This document shows, piece by piece, positions 25,381 to 38,625 of a DNA stretch of 64,000 nucleotides (positions are counted from its first letter, which is position 1; the number at the start of each line of letters is the position of its first letter). Origin of the DNA: Heterodontus francisci (lineage: Eukaryota); NCBI RefSeq assembly GCF_036365525.1, contig NC_090385.1:11913658-11977657 (forward strand), given 5' to 3'. The position numbers and the translations under genes were made by a program. The notes below the pieces were generated by a model, which ran no database searches, had not been told where the DNA came from, and saw only the letters and a program-made list of their open reading frames with translations.

Positions 25381-28300
25381 GTAACCTTTCAATTGTGGTT
25401 TTGGATTGCGCAGTTCAGACTGGTCTACTTTAATATAGTTTGTGAAGATTACATTCTGGTATTTAAGAGGTCTAGAGCTAATTCTGTCAAATTGTACGTG
25501 TGAAGATTGCTCTTTTTGACAAAACAAATGATCTGCAAAATCCAATAAAACTGGTCATAGTTTATTTTCTTAAATATACAAACATTAAATATTAACTAAA
25601 ACAGACTAAAAATTAGGATTCTCTGCATTTTAGATTTTATAAGTTTTCAAATGTCACACTCCTACTTGATCCCCCTATCATAACATCAGATACACTGTCA
25701 ATGACCCAAAGGTAAGCGTGCCTGTCACTGCAGAAAATATAGATCTGTTTACCAAAGTGAAAGATCAGCCATGCAAATAATGAAGTCTTGTAGACGAAGC
25801 AGGAAAGTTGTGTGTTGCTGAAATTAAGGGGTTAGGTTCTGAGAATTTGAGGAATAAGAGTATAAAAGGCAAAACGCAGAGCACTTCAGATAAGTGTTGT
25901 TTTTTGTTCTTGCATGGGATGTGGGCATTGCTGGCAAGGCCAGCAATTGTTTCCCATCCCTAATTTTCCTTGACAACTGAGTGGCTTGCTAGACCATTTC
26001 AGAGGGCAGTTAAGAGTCAACCACATTGCTGCAGGGCTGGAGTCACATGTAGGCCAGACAAGGTAATAATGGCAGATTTCCTTCCCTGAAGGACATTAGT
26101 GAACCAGATGGGTTTTTACGACAATCGATGATAGTTTCATGGCACCATTACTGAGACGAGCATTCAATTCGAGATTTTTATTAACTAATTGAACTTAAAT
26201 ACCACCATTTGAACCTCTGTCTCCAGAGCATTAGCCTAGGCTGAGTTCCGTGACATTACTGGTATGCCACTGTCTCCCTACGTGTAATAAGCTTACAGAA
26301 TGATCAGTTTTCCAGTGGCCGTTCATATACATGCTGTACTGCAACAACACCCACCACTTTGTCTCAACCCAGCCTTTACACAGCCAGTTTCCCTACTGAC
26401 TTGAAACAAAAGTTTCAATTTACATTATTGCACCTCGAAAAGTAGAAGATTTTTTTCTATTTCACTTTACTTGATATATGCATTATCTATGTGAAATTTT
26501 TGCTGCTTATTTAATAAATTAGTGGAATGGTATTATGATTAATCAATGTTTCCCAACCAGTATCAGAAGTATCAGTTAGAGGAAGTGGGTCATTGGGGTG
26601 CAATCCTTGATTGGTTTTGACAGCCGAACCTAGCTTTCCGATTGATTATGACTGTCCTTCATGGGTTCTGATTACCTGTAGGAATTCAACATGCACAGAA
26701 TTTGGCACTCTGTGGATTTCGACAACCAAATTTTGGTCAGACTTTCTATCTGGAGCCTGTTAATTTGCTGACCTATTATTGGTTGGGGTGTCCATCTCTG
26801 GCTTAAATTCACATATTACGTTACTTACAGGCAATCCTCCTCATTCTTCAAATTTTTTTTTAACTTCCAGTTTTTGTAATTAACTGTACTTGGCTTCCCT
26901 CTAACTTCCACATGAACATCTGATAGTGCAGTGTTTTCTGCCCTTTCTGATGCACTTGTTTGCAGCTTTGGGAGTATTAACCCCCATCTGTGTTGGAGGT
27001 GGGGTGTTGGAGATTAAAGACAGATGGCGTCAATGGTTGATCTAATTCCTGAATCTTGTGGCAATAGACCTGGTTGATGGGGTTTATTTGTACTAATGCA
27101 GTCAAAAAAATATTTTGCCCCATCTCGTTTCTGTTGAAGATGGCAACATGTGTTGAGATGCAGACCCGTTATCTGGATGCACTCTGGAACTCACCCAAGT
27201 AGTAGTCTTCATGTTTGATCCTGATCATTGAGCTCCAGCAGACAATTTGACCACTGGGATCAATGCAGCTGAATGTGATTTGTGACATCAGCCAGTGTCT
27301 ACATGTTCTCATCCAGGAATGATATTTGTTGAGATTGCTGCCAAATAGTGTTTCAGATGAGACATCTGGCTCCCCTCTCTCTGCCCTTGATGCCATGATT
27401 AATGCATGCAGTGCTACAATTAGTGTGCAAAAGAAGGTACATTTGGATGGCTATTTGCTGCATCCAGTGTCCTTGTAGAATGCTTAAAAACCTCCTAACT
27501 CTGCCACTGTGCCTGAACTCAATTTGGTCAAATCTCACCTGTATCATTAGTCTCTTTCCCAAAACAGCTCTAAAACAGCTGGCACCCATTTGTACTACAG
27601 GTATTCTTCAGAACGTGCCACTTGTCTGATTTTGGAATGAATTTGTGTTTTCCGATGGTAAGGAGGATCATATGAACAATGACTGACAAGAATCTGGTCC
27701 ATCCAGCCTGTCCCACACAATTGTGATGCTTTGCATATCACAGTATATACACGCTCACCTTGCCCACAAACCATGCAATCTTTTATTTCAATGTGAATTG
27801 TTTGATTGAAAATGTAATTGGTTGTAGTACCTCTGAAACAACAAAAACAAAAGCTACTAATCATTGTGGACAAATGAATTTCCCAAAATGATCATCAGTT
27901 TCAAGTCTATAGTGTACTGTGTTAAAGTGTTATGATACCAAAATCAAAGTTGCCGAGACTTGAACTGTCTGGTGTTTCCTTTTACACTCACATTCTGTCT
28001 CGTTTTTCTTTAAGGCAGAAATAAACTTAACCGATCTCTCCCTTAATGTTATTGCAATTGACATTTTGGAGCATGTCTCCAAATAGCTAGGCAATCTCAG
28101 CATATGTTTAAGTGGGCCTATAGAGTTTTTTTTAAATCATAATTTACAAAGTTCCTGAAAACTAGACCCTGTGGTGCAAATATGCTACGTGTAAACAGTA
28201 CAATATTCAAGTGATATTTTGATTGCTAAAAAGCCTCTGGTCAGAATGTAAAATTCCAATTCCTGTACATGGGTTTGAAATCTGCAGCTCTATAAGAAAC

Positions 28301-28778
28301 CAGCTGGATTGAGGATTTTACAGACAGAATAAAAGTGGGACAAAACTTTCAATAACCTCAATATAATGAGCCATCTTTTATATATAATGTAAATTACGAT
28401 GCCTTACAAAAAGCTTTTAAAAGGTTCTATGAGTTATTTAACCCAAGATGGGAATCCTTTACACTTAGTAACTGATGCTTTTTACTTGCTGTGTACATTT
28501 ACTAAAATATTCACTTGTATTTGATGGAATCATTTTTGGTCATTGGCATTTGATTTGCCTTCAGGTGGGTTGTTTTGTTTATTTCTCTGAGTATGGAAAT
28601 TTGGAATTGTGAAATTTGCAAAATGTGTTGTTAGCAAGACAAGTATTTGTCGTTCGAATTCTACATTTTTAACCTGCTGCTTAGGAAATTTCATGGAAAG
28701 TACACTTGTTTGAACTTTTGTTCCCAGCATGTTTTAAAACGTACTTTTACTTTTCTCTCTTTTTCTGACACGACCAAG

Positions 28779-28808
28779 ATTGGGAAGCCACTATATGGGG
28801 AATCACAG
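28779..28808 (+). CDS. FMR1: Candidate alternative 30-nt FMR1 microexon (IGKPLYGESQ)
   Basis: About 50-nt AG-free pyrimidine tract, ccaag| acceptor and CAG|gtatga donor; phase 0-0 and stop-free in the FMR1 frame. Confidence 0.5.
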
Positions 28809-29684
28809 GTATGAATGAACTGGCATCCTACCACATTATACTGCAGCACATCAAAACAACTTGTGTTTATATAGTTGCATTTATATAGTACCTTTTGATA
28901 TAGCCCAGTAAATTCTCCCAAGGGTGTTTCACAGACAAAGTACACAATAGTACAGGAGTTGGGAGGGGTGACTGAAAACATGGATTTGAGGAGGCTTTTA
29001 AATATGACGAAAGAAGTAGTAAGATGGAGGGAGCTCAACTAAAGGTGCGCTCACTGATGATAGAGCAGCAGAGGGGGTTAAGGGGCAGCTCGAATGCAAG
29101 GACCATTGGACATGGACTGGGATGTTAGACTGGCAGCAATTGGAAAGGGAGACTTGGACGAGTCCACAGAGGGGGTGGATTTGTGAACGAGGTCAGGGTG
29201 AGAGCCAAAGGAGGTCATCGAGGACGAGGGTAATGGGCGAGCGGGACTTAGTGTGGGGCAGGGTTTGTAGCAGAATTTGTATAGAAGGCTAGTGGTGAGA
29301 GACACTAGAGAAGTTGAAGGCCCTATCCTGGTGGAATATGTCTAACCAAGGTTGCATTCGATGGCTAATAAGTTCAAGATATCTCCATCAATAGAAAACA
29401 AGAATGGATATTTCACTTGACATCACCAGCATTTGCTCCATTTGCTTTGGGTTTGATCTGTTCATCTGTGTCAGGCACGAGCAGTGAAACTATCTAGAAC
29501 ATGTATGGAACATCTGTCCAAGTTATTGGCTGTGCTGAGCTCTAAAGGTTTAATACGATTCTAATTTCATCAATTTTTTTTTTGCAAAGTCCTCTTAAAT
29601 TCCAGTTTTACAACTTGTCTCTGACATACGATAAATGTTACGGGTTCAACATTTCATTTCTGAACAGTTTCTGATTTGTTTCAG

Positions 29685-29855
29685 ATCAGAATTGACAGCA
29701 ATAATGAAAGGAGTGTCGTGACGAAAGCTTCACACAGCCCAAATGTCTTTGGTGAGAGCACTCGACAGCGAGTGAGCAAGGAGCGCGCTCAGAAGAAAGA
29801 GAAGCCAGAGAGTCCCACAGACAACGAGCAAGTGCTGGTGAATGGAGTATCTTAA
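29685..29855 (+). CDS. FMR1: FMR1 terminal coding exon (human exon 17 equivalent)
   Basis: gtttcag| then IRIDSNNERSVVTK...QKKEKPESPTDNEQVLVNGVS*; resembles human IRVDCNNERSV...QKKEKPD...LVNGVP*; TAA at 29853-29855. Confidence 0.95.
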   Translation: MRIDSNNERSVVTKASHSPNVFGESTRQRVSKERAQKKEKPESPTDNEQVLVNGVS

Positions 29856-30755
29856 AGCGCATAACCTGTAGAGTGATGTTCTCTCTGAATTTCCTTTCAT
29901 TAACCATACAAACCGGATGCTTACATGTCATTTAGAGAAACCTATTAGGCCAAAGACATAAAACTCATTTGTGCACGATTGATGCACATGATCCACTTTG
30001 TCTTTTGGTGGACAGGTGGAACATTTGTGATGTAACCATTTTCATTTCACTTAGCAAAACTCCTTTTTAAAAAAAAAAATTTAAAAAGTATATTGTTTGA
30101 TCTGTGCCTTCAATATAACTTGCCAGAAGGGGGTAACCTTACTATAGTTGCAGAAATCAGGGAAGCTAAACAAGCAGAAGACAGTTACATTGTATTATAA
30201 ATGTATGTAGATAAAAAGTGTGGTTAAATATCGGGGGACCTTTACAGAAGAATGCATGCTTTTCATGATTTCATGATTTTCCTTATATATGCATCTAGCT
30301 GAACAGTAAAGGATCAGAAATCCTTGCACTGAAGTTTGTATGGCATTGATCAGTCAGTGTGGGAGGGCACTTTTTTCTTTACGCCTCTGCATTTGATGTA
30401 TAAGGGTAAACGTAAAGAATTAAATAGTGTACTGTTTGAAAGGCATAAAATGCCTGAAGATTGTTGCCAAACTGATGATTTGTAGTTATTTATTTTTGGG
30501 AATGTACAGAATTTGGGGAGGAAAAAGCTTTGTTTATGTACCTGTCCACTATGGGCTATTGTGTTAACTTAGTGTAGATGATTAACAAAGGTAGATTGAC
30601 CTTACAGTATATGAATCTGCAACAGGGGCAATATTTTTCTCTGTACATAGTAGTGAAAACAAATAATTTGGTTTTATGTTGATATTGTTCGGTTGAAGTG
30701 CAATATATTTTGTATGCAAGCAGTTTCAATTAATAAAGTTTGATCTTCCTCTGCT
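29856..30755 (+). other. FMR1: FMR1 3' UTR
   Basis: About 0.9 kb of repeat-free AT-rich sequence after the stop. It ends in ...GTATGCAAGCAGTTTCAATTAATAAAGTTTGATCTTCCTCTGCT, which closely resembles the mammalian FMR1 mRNA 3' end as I recall it. Confidence 0.8.
30732..30737 (+). terminator. FMR1 polyadenylation signal AATAAA
   Basis: Canonical hexamer within the conserved-looking terminal block of the 3' UTR. Confidence 0.8.
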
Positions 30756-31639
30756 GACTGTAGGACAGAAGTTACTTCCTGCTAATTTACTGCAAAGTCA
30801 CAATTTGAGTTGCAATGGTTATAAAAATGATAGGATATGTTATCGCAATGTACAAGACACAGGATTTGCAATGTTTTCTATTCCATCTTTAGTGGATTGA
30901 CCTGAATTTTTGTGTTAGGAATGATGGCGAAACTGTCAGCATATGCCGTCATTACTCGTATAAAACTGATGCAGCTTCTGGAGTCCGCACATGCGCAGTT
31001 AAACACAGAAATCCAGAAGTTACAGTGAGTGATTCTATGCTTCTCCAGTCTGTGTGATATTAAAGTCTCCCAAAATGCAGTAAATTGGAAATCACTGAAA
31101 TGACGAACACCTGCCCTTTTATGCTATTAACCTTGCTGTAGAAACCCTTGAAAAATGTACACCTTGTAGAATGAGGTGTAACTGCATTTTCAATGGCATA
31201 CTAAGTTCATAGTTACTGCTGAAAAACCTTTCTGTCTCTGAAAATCTAATTTTATATTTGTGGAATATCAAATTTCTCCATTATGATAAAACTCCATGTT
31301 TTTAAAAAAGTTGTTCATTTTTCAGCTTCTACCTTAATCCCATTTGTATGTCCCAGTCATTTCGCTTTCTGTAAAAGGTGAAGGATAATCAGTGCATTTT
31401 ACTTCCTGGTTTGCTGTCTGTGAGAATACTTCAGTGTGATTGGCTACTTACCCTACTTGATGCGATCACTGTTGTTGGATGCCTGAGGTCTCCCTTGACT
31501 GAACGCCAGCTTCAGTCGAACAACGAGATAGAGAAAAATCCTTGTCATTCGTCCAGGTTTTGCTGAAAAAATGGCAACATCTGAATGACACAAGCATTTA
31601 TTGATGCCCAAATCAGTCAGCAACTTGTAATAAGGAAGA

Positions 31640-34600
31640 ACACCAGGACACTTAATGTGTCTTTGGCGACCAAGTGGGTAGGAAGTGCCTCCAGCTGCTT
31701 CAGCTCAAGCTCAGGATTTCTGAGCTTGAGAGGCATCTGGAGTCACTGCGGCGGATCAAGGAGCAGGAGAGTCTCCTGGATTATACTTTCCAGGAGGTGA
31801 TCACTTCACAGGCAGTAAGAGTTCAGGATACTAGGTCGGTGGCCACCCAGAAGACTAGAAACAGGCAGGAGGTGCAGAAGTCTTTGGCATGTGTGCCACT
31901 GTCAAGCAGGTACTCCACTTTGGAGACTGCTGGGAGTGACGATACCCTGAAGAAGTGCAATCCAGACCATGATGCCAATGGAGACCATGACGACAAGGGA
32001 CTGCACAACAGGGAATGGCACAACAGGGAACGGCAAAGTGTAGAAACATAGTTTTTATAGGGGATTCCTTAGGGGAACAGACAGGCATTTCTGTAACCAT
32101 CATTGTCATTCCCGCGTGGTGTGTTGCTTCCCTGGTGCCAGGGTAAAGGACATCACTGAATGAGTGCAGGAACGGGAGTGAGCCAGAAGTTGTGTTACAT
32201 GGTACCAACGACACAGCAAGTGATCATATCATTGAGGTCCTACAGTCAGATTTTCAGGAGCTAGTGGGAAAGTTAGAGTAGGATCTCGAAGGTAGTAATC
32301 TCTGCACTACTCCCACTGCCACGTACTAGCAAGAGTAGAAATAGGAAAATAGGGAGGGTCAATGCATGGCTTGAACCATGGTGCTGGAGGGAGGCTTCAG
32401 ATTCTTGGGACATTGGGGCCAGTTCTGGGGCAGAGGAACCTATTCAAAAGGAACAGGTTGCACCTCAACAGGGCTGGGACTAATGCCCTTGCAGGGAAGT
32501 TCATTAGTATGGTTGGGGAGGTTTTAAACTAAATTGGCAGGGGTATGGGCACCAGCATCTAGAAGTAAGAAAGAGGAATAAGGTTCATAATCTAAGTGTT
32601 GGACAGTACCAGAGAAGGGAGTAGTTCCATATTAGATAGGAGCAGACTGAGAAGGGCTAGGAGGAATGCAAAGACAGGAGTACAATGCATGTATGTAAAC
32701 ACAGTGTAGTGAATAAGGTTGGTGAGCTACAAGCACAAATAGCAGTATGGGAATATGATGTAGTGGCAATAATGGAAAGTGGCTTTAAAATTGTGAGGAC
32801 TAGGCACTTAATATACAAGGATAAGAAGTGTTCAGAAAAGATAGAGGAGAGAAAAAGGGAGGTGGGGTGGCAGTACTGATTAGGGAAAACATTGTAGTGT
32901 TGAACAGGGGGGGATGTCCTTGAGGGGGTAAGGACAGGATCCATTTAGTTAGAGTTGAGGAGCAAAAAGGGTATGATCATGCTACTGGGGTATTCTGTAG
33001 GCCTCCAAATATTGAGAGGGAAAGAGGAGCAAATCTGTAGGCAGATAGCAGAGATGTGCAAGAACTATGGAGTGGTGATTCTGGGGGACTTCTATTACCC
33101 AACTATCAATTGGGATGATCTTAGAATAAAGGGAGAGGGGGAAGAACTTCTGAAATGCGTTCAGGAGAACTTCCTTGGTCAGTATCTTCTCAGCCCAATT
33201 AGAAAGGAGGCATTGCTAGATTTGGTGCTGGGAAATGAGGTGAGCCAAGTGGACCAAGTGTCTGTGGGGGAACATTTAGGTAAGAGTGATCATATCATAT
33301 AAGGTTTAGACTTGCAGAAAAGCAAAGAACAATATAAGACTGAATGGCCAGATTGGAAGAGGGCTAATTTCAATGCAATGAGAAAGGATCTAGCCAAGAT
33401 AAAAATGGAACCAAAGACTGACAGGAAAAACTGTAACAGAACAATGGGTTATCTTCAGGGAGATGCTTCAGGTACTGGCTAGGTACATTCCAACAAGGGT
33501 TAAAGGTAAGGGAAGCAAAGCCAGACTCCTAGGGTGATGAGGGAGGTAGAGATTATGATGAAATTAAAAAAAGATGGTGTATGATGCTTGTGAGGTGAAT
33601 TGTTCGTGATAACCAGGCCAAATATAGTAAGCTGAGAGGGGAGGCGAAGAGGAAAATAAGGCTGGAAAAGAGAGAATATGAGAATAGAATGGCAGTTAAC
33701 ATAAAATGGAGCTCAAAGATCGAATGGTGTGCAAATAGTAAGTGGGTAGTCAGAGGTGGAGTGGGGCCTATTATGCTTAGAGGCACAGGGCAAGGTTAGA
33801 AAACTTAATGAGTACTTTGTATCAGTGTTTGCTAAGGAAAGGAATCTGACAAAAATATCGTTAGAAGCGGAGCGAGTAGAGGCAATGGATAGGGTACAAA
33901 TTGAGAGGGAGGAGATACTGGAAAAGCTGGTTAGGCTTAAGGTAGATAAGTTACCTGATCCTGATGGCTTGTATCGCAGGTTGCTAAAGGAAGTGGGGAT
34001 GGAAATAGTGGAATGGCTTGCCATAATCTAATTTTCCCTAGATACAGGGAAGCTGCCAGAGGATTGGAGAGTGGCAAATTCAAGAAATGATGAAAGGACT
34101 ATCCTAGCAACTGCAGGCCAGTTAGTTTAACATCGGTGGATAAGGTTTTAGAGACAATAATCGGGAAAAAATCAACAAGTTTGAGTTAATTACGGATAGC
34201 CAGCACAGATTTATAAAAGGCAGATTATGCTTGACTAATCTAATTGAATTTTCTGATGAAGTAACAGAAAAGGTCGATGAAGGGAATGCGGTGAATGTTA
34301 TCTATATGGATTTTAAGATAGCATTTGATAAAGTACCACATGAAAGGCTGGTTAACAAAACTGAGGCTCATGGAATAGGAGGGTCAGTGTCCAATGGGAA
34401 AAATTTGGCTTAAGGATGGAAAACAGCAAACTGTCGTAAATGGTTGCTTTTCAGACTGTTGGATGGTAGACAGTGGTGTTCCCCAAGGGACAGTGCTAGG
34501 ACTACTGGTTTTTTTGCTATATATAAATGACTTGGCTCTTATTATACTGAGTAGAATTTCAAAATTTGCCGATAATACCAAACTTGGAGGTGTGGCAAAC

Positions 34601-35440
34601 AGTGAGGATGATACGAACTGCCTGCAACAGGACATAGGCTAGCAGAATGGGCAGAGAGGTGGCAGATGGAATTTAATACAGCCAAGTGTGAGGTGATGCA
34701 TTTTGGCAGAAGGTATAGGGTGAGGCAATATTGACTTAATGGTGCAGTTCTAAAGAGTGTGCAGGAACAGAGGGACTTGGGGGTTCATGTGCGTTGATCC
34801 TAGAAGGTGGCAGGACATATTGAGAGAGTAATTAGCGAAGCATATGGGATCTTGGTTTCATAAATAGAGGCATAGAGCACAAAAGCAGGGAAGGTATGCT
34901 GAACCTTTATAAAGCTCCGGTTAGGCCCCAACTGGAGTACTGCATCCACGTCTGATCACCACACTTTCGGAAGGATGTGAGGGTCCTTGAGAGGGTGCAG
35001 AGGAGATTTACCAGAATGGTTCCAGGGATGGAGGATTTTAGTTACAAGGTTAGGTAACAAAGGAGATTAAGGGTGACTTGATAGATGTGTACAAGATTAT
35101 GACAGGCTTAGATAAGTTAGACAGAGACAAACGTTCTCATTTGCTGATGGTACAAGGACTAGGGGACACAGATTGAAGGTTTTGGCCAAGAGATGCTGCG
35201 GGATTGTGAGGAAGAACTTTTTACGCAGCAAGTGGTAATGACCTGGAACTCGCTGCCCACGAGGGTGGTGGAAGTGGAGACAATCAATGATTTCAAAAGG
35301 AAATTGGATGGACACTTGAAGGAAATAAGCTTGCAGAGCTACAGGGAACGGGTGGTGGGACTGACTAGATTGCTCTGCGGACTGCCAGCATGGACTCAAT
35401 GGGCCAAATGGCCTCCTATGCCATAAATGACTGAATCTAA
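31640..35440 (+). mobile_element. Near-full-length decayed CR1 LINE (ORF1 leucine zipper and esterase; ORF2 APE and RT)
   Basis: ORF1 RKCLQLLQLKLRISELERHL and a GDS esterase motif near 32060; APE motifs (YDVVAIMES, ILGDFYYP, LLDLVLGNE, LGKSDH); RT motifs (YMDFKIAFDKVPH, GVPQGTVLG, KFADNTKLGG); many stops and frameshifts. Confidence 0.9.
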
Positions 35441-36829
35441 GAGATACCCCATGAATTGTGATCACCATAAGTATCTCTGCAAAAACAGAACTTAACCTCT
35501 CTGACTTTTAGAGTTGCTCTTGTGCATTTTACTTGCCCATTAAACTCCCCAAAAAGTGAAGTCCAATAATTATCAGCATAAGCACCCTTTTAACGACGTG
35601 ATGATTGTTACTGACTGTCAATCAGCCTCTCTGGCCCAGAAAGTAAATAATTATAAGTGAGACGTCTCATTCATTTCTGCGGGTTGTGAATGGTTTTTGG
35701 AGATTTAAAAAATGTCTTTTAAAATTTATTTTCCTTTTTTCCTCTCACAATCTATTCTTTCTCAAGCCCTCTTTCTGTGCCTGATTTCACATTGAATTCA
35801 CCCCCCCTCCCCTTTTTGGTTCTTCATCTGTTTATTTCTCAACCTTTTAATCTCATTGGTTAACAGGATACACCGTTGGCCCCGTCATTCACCACGTCCC
35901 AGATGCCCCATTGCCCTTGCTGTGCCAATATCAGCTCACACTTACAGAAACTTAGTGGGCAAAGTTTTAAAACTTAAATGTTCAACAAGTCTAACAGGGA
36001 AGACCACAAGGTGCCACATTCCATCAAAATCTGGCCTCATTGAGTCTTTGCACACAATTCAAACTGGCGCAAGGTAAAATACTACACTGGTATTACTGAA
36101 TTCAAGTGTAAGTTAAATGATTTCATCTTGGCCACACAGAGGAGGTTGGAAGTTGTTGGGATGATGTAATATCACTTTTGGGGAAAATAGCAAATATATT
36201 CTCAGACTCATGACAATGTCCTCCAATAAATACAACAGGCTTCGGATTTAGATCTCCATTTCCTGTCACCAGTGTTACAATCAAAACCAAATAAAGGAAA
36301 AAGGTTAAGTTCTATCTAAAATGACGTGAAAACAGCAAAAATAGATCAATTCCTTTTATTCTAATGGCAACATATTCTGGAGATAGTGGACAGTGCTTTT
36401 GTTCTGACTGATGAACAAATTAAGGAAAAAATATGAAATTTTCTATGCAGTATATGCACTACCCAAACATAAGTGCTTGGGTGTTTATTAAAAGAAGGAT
36501 AACTAGTACAATAAGTTGCAACCAAGCTGCTGCTACATTAACTGGTGTGCAGAGCCAACACATAACTGAAAACAAATGTTATTGTGAATTGAGGCATGTG
36601 AAACCATCAGCTGTTTTAGATGTTTTGTTAATCCCAACAAAAGTATATTCGATGTGGCATTCAGAAATCTCACTGATATAAATTTTCACAATGTCTATCT
36701 AATTTGACTTTAATAACAATTGGTACAGTGCCTGTTGATAGCAAAACTCACCTAATGATGAGCTGCGTATAAAAACAGAATGCTAGAAATACTCAGCGGG
36801 TCTGGCAGCATCTGTGGAGGGAGAAGCAG

Positions 36830-36866
36830 AGTTAACGTTTCAGGTCAGTGACCGTTCATCAGAATT
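36830..36866 (-). ncRNA. Second hammerhead motif in the other pLTR
   Basis: Minus strand AATT-CTGATGA-ACGGTC(ACT)GACCT-GAAA-CGTT-AACT. Confidence 0.6.
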
Positions 36867-38274
36867 GGCAAAGGTTAGAAATGTAATAGGTTTTAAGCAA
36901 ATAAAGTGGGGGTGGGGCAAGAGGTAAAAGGGAAGGTGTCACAGAGAATAACTGACCAGAAGGTCATGGAGAAAAGGCAAACAGTATGTTAATGGTGTGC
37001 TGAAAGACAAAGCGTTAGTGCAGAGCAGGTGTTAATTGACAGAAAACTGAACAGCCTTGGCCAAAGCACAAACATCAAAAATAAGTGGGTAGGCACATGG
37101 TAAAAAAAAATGAATGATGAGACAAACTAAAATAAAAGAAAAAATAACTGAAAATAAAAAGGGGGGCCCATCATGCTCTGAAATTATTGAACTCAATGTT
37201 CAGTCCAGCAGGCTGTAGTGTGCCTAATCAGTAAATGAGGTCCTGTTACTCGAGCTTGCATTGATGTTCACTGGAACACTAGCAAGCCCAGGACAGATAT
37301 GTGGGCATGAGAGCGGGGGGAGTGTTGAAATGCAAGCAACTGGAAGTTGGGGTCATGCTTTCGGACTGAGCGGAGGTGTTCCGCAAAGCTGCGTTTGGTC
37401 TCCCCTATGTAGAGAAGACCACTTTGTGAGCAGCGAATACAGTATACTAAATTGAAAGAAGTACAAGTAAATCACTGCTTCACCTGAAAGGAGTGTTTAG
37501 GGCCTTGGATAGTGAGGAGAGAGGAGGTAAAAGTGCAGCTATTACACCTCCTGTGATTGCATGGGAAGGGGATGAGGTGTTGGAGGTAATGGAAGAATGG
37601 GCCAGAGTGTCGCGGAGGGAACTATCCCTTCGGAATGCTGACGGGAGGATGCATTTGGTAGTGGCATCACGCTGGACGTGGCGGAAACGGCAGAGGATAT
37701 CCTTTGGATGTGGAGGCTGGTGGGATGGAAAGTGAGGACATGGGGAACCCTGTCACGGTTCTGGGAGGGAGGGGAAGGGGTGAGGGTAGGGGTGCGAGAA
37801 ATGGGTCGGACACAGTTGAGGGCCCTGTCAACCACAGTGGGAGGGAATCCTCGGTTGAGGAAAAAGGAAGACATATCTGAAGCACTGTCGTGAAAGGTTG
37901 CATCATTAGAGCAGATGCATCGGAGACGGAGAAACTGGGAGAATGGAATGGAGTCCTTACAGGAGGCAGGGTGTGAAAAAGTGTAGTGGAGGTAGCTGTG
38001 GGAGTCGGTGGGCTTATAATAAATATTAGTAGACAGCCTATCCCTAGAGATGGAAACAAAGAAGTCGAGGAAGGGAAGGGAAGTGTCGGAGCTGGATCAT
38101 GTAAAGGTGAGAGAAGTGTAGAAATTGGAAACAAAGTTGATAAAGTTTTTCAGTTCGGGATGGGAGCAGGAAACAGCACCGATACAGTCATCAATGTACC
38201 GGAAAAAGAGTTGGGGGAGGGGGCCTGAGTGGGACTGGAACGAGGAATGTTTGACATATCCCACAAAAAGACAG

Positions 38275-38625
38275 GCAGCACAGTGGCACAATGGTTAGCA
38301 CTGCAGCCTCACAGCTCCAGTGACCCGGGTTCAGTTCTGGGTACTGCCTGTGCGGAACTTTGCAAGTTCTCCCTGTGACCGTGTGGGTTTCCGCCGGGTG
38401 CTCTGGTTTCCTCCCACAGCCAAAGACTTGCAGGTTGATAGGTAAATTGGCCATTGTAAATTGCCCCTAGTGTAGGTAGGTGGTAGGAGAATGGTGAGGA
38501 TGTGGTAGGGAATATGGGATTAATGTAGGATTAGTATAAATGAGTGGTTGTTGGGCAGCACAGACTTGGTGGGACGCAGGGCCTATTTCAGTGCTGTATC
38601 TCTAAATAAATAAAATTTAAAAAAA
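38275..38625 (+). mobile_element. HE1-like V-SINE nested in the Penelope element
   Basis: Same family sequence with an A-rich tail; interrupts the PLE RT region. Confidence 0.85.

Noticed and set aside
29685-29740. Equivalent of the human exon 17 internal acceptor (+51)
   Set aside because: The nearest CAG ends at +53, out of frame, so there is no support for conservation.
31674-32051. Coiled-coil ORF as a host gene
   Set aside because: It is CR1 ORF1, collinear with esterase, APE and RT remnants.
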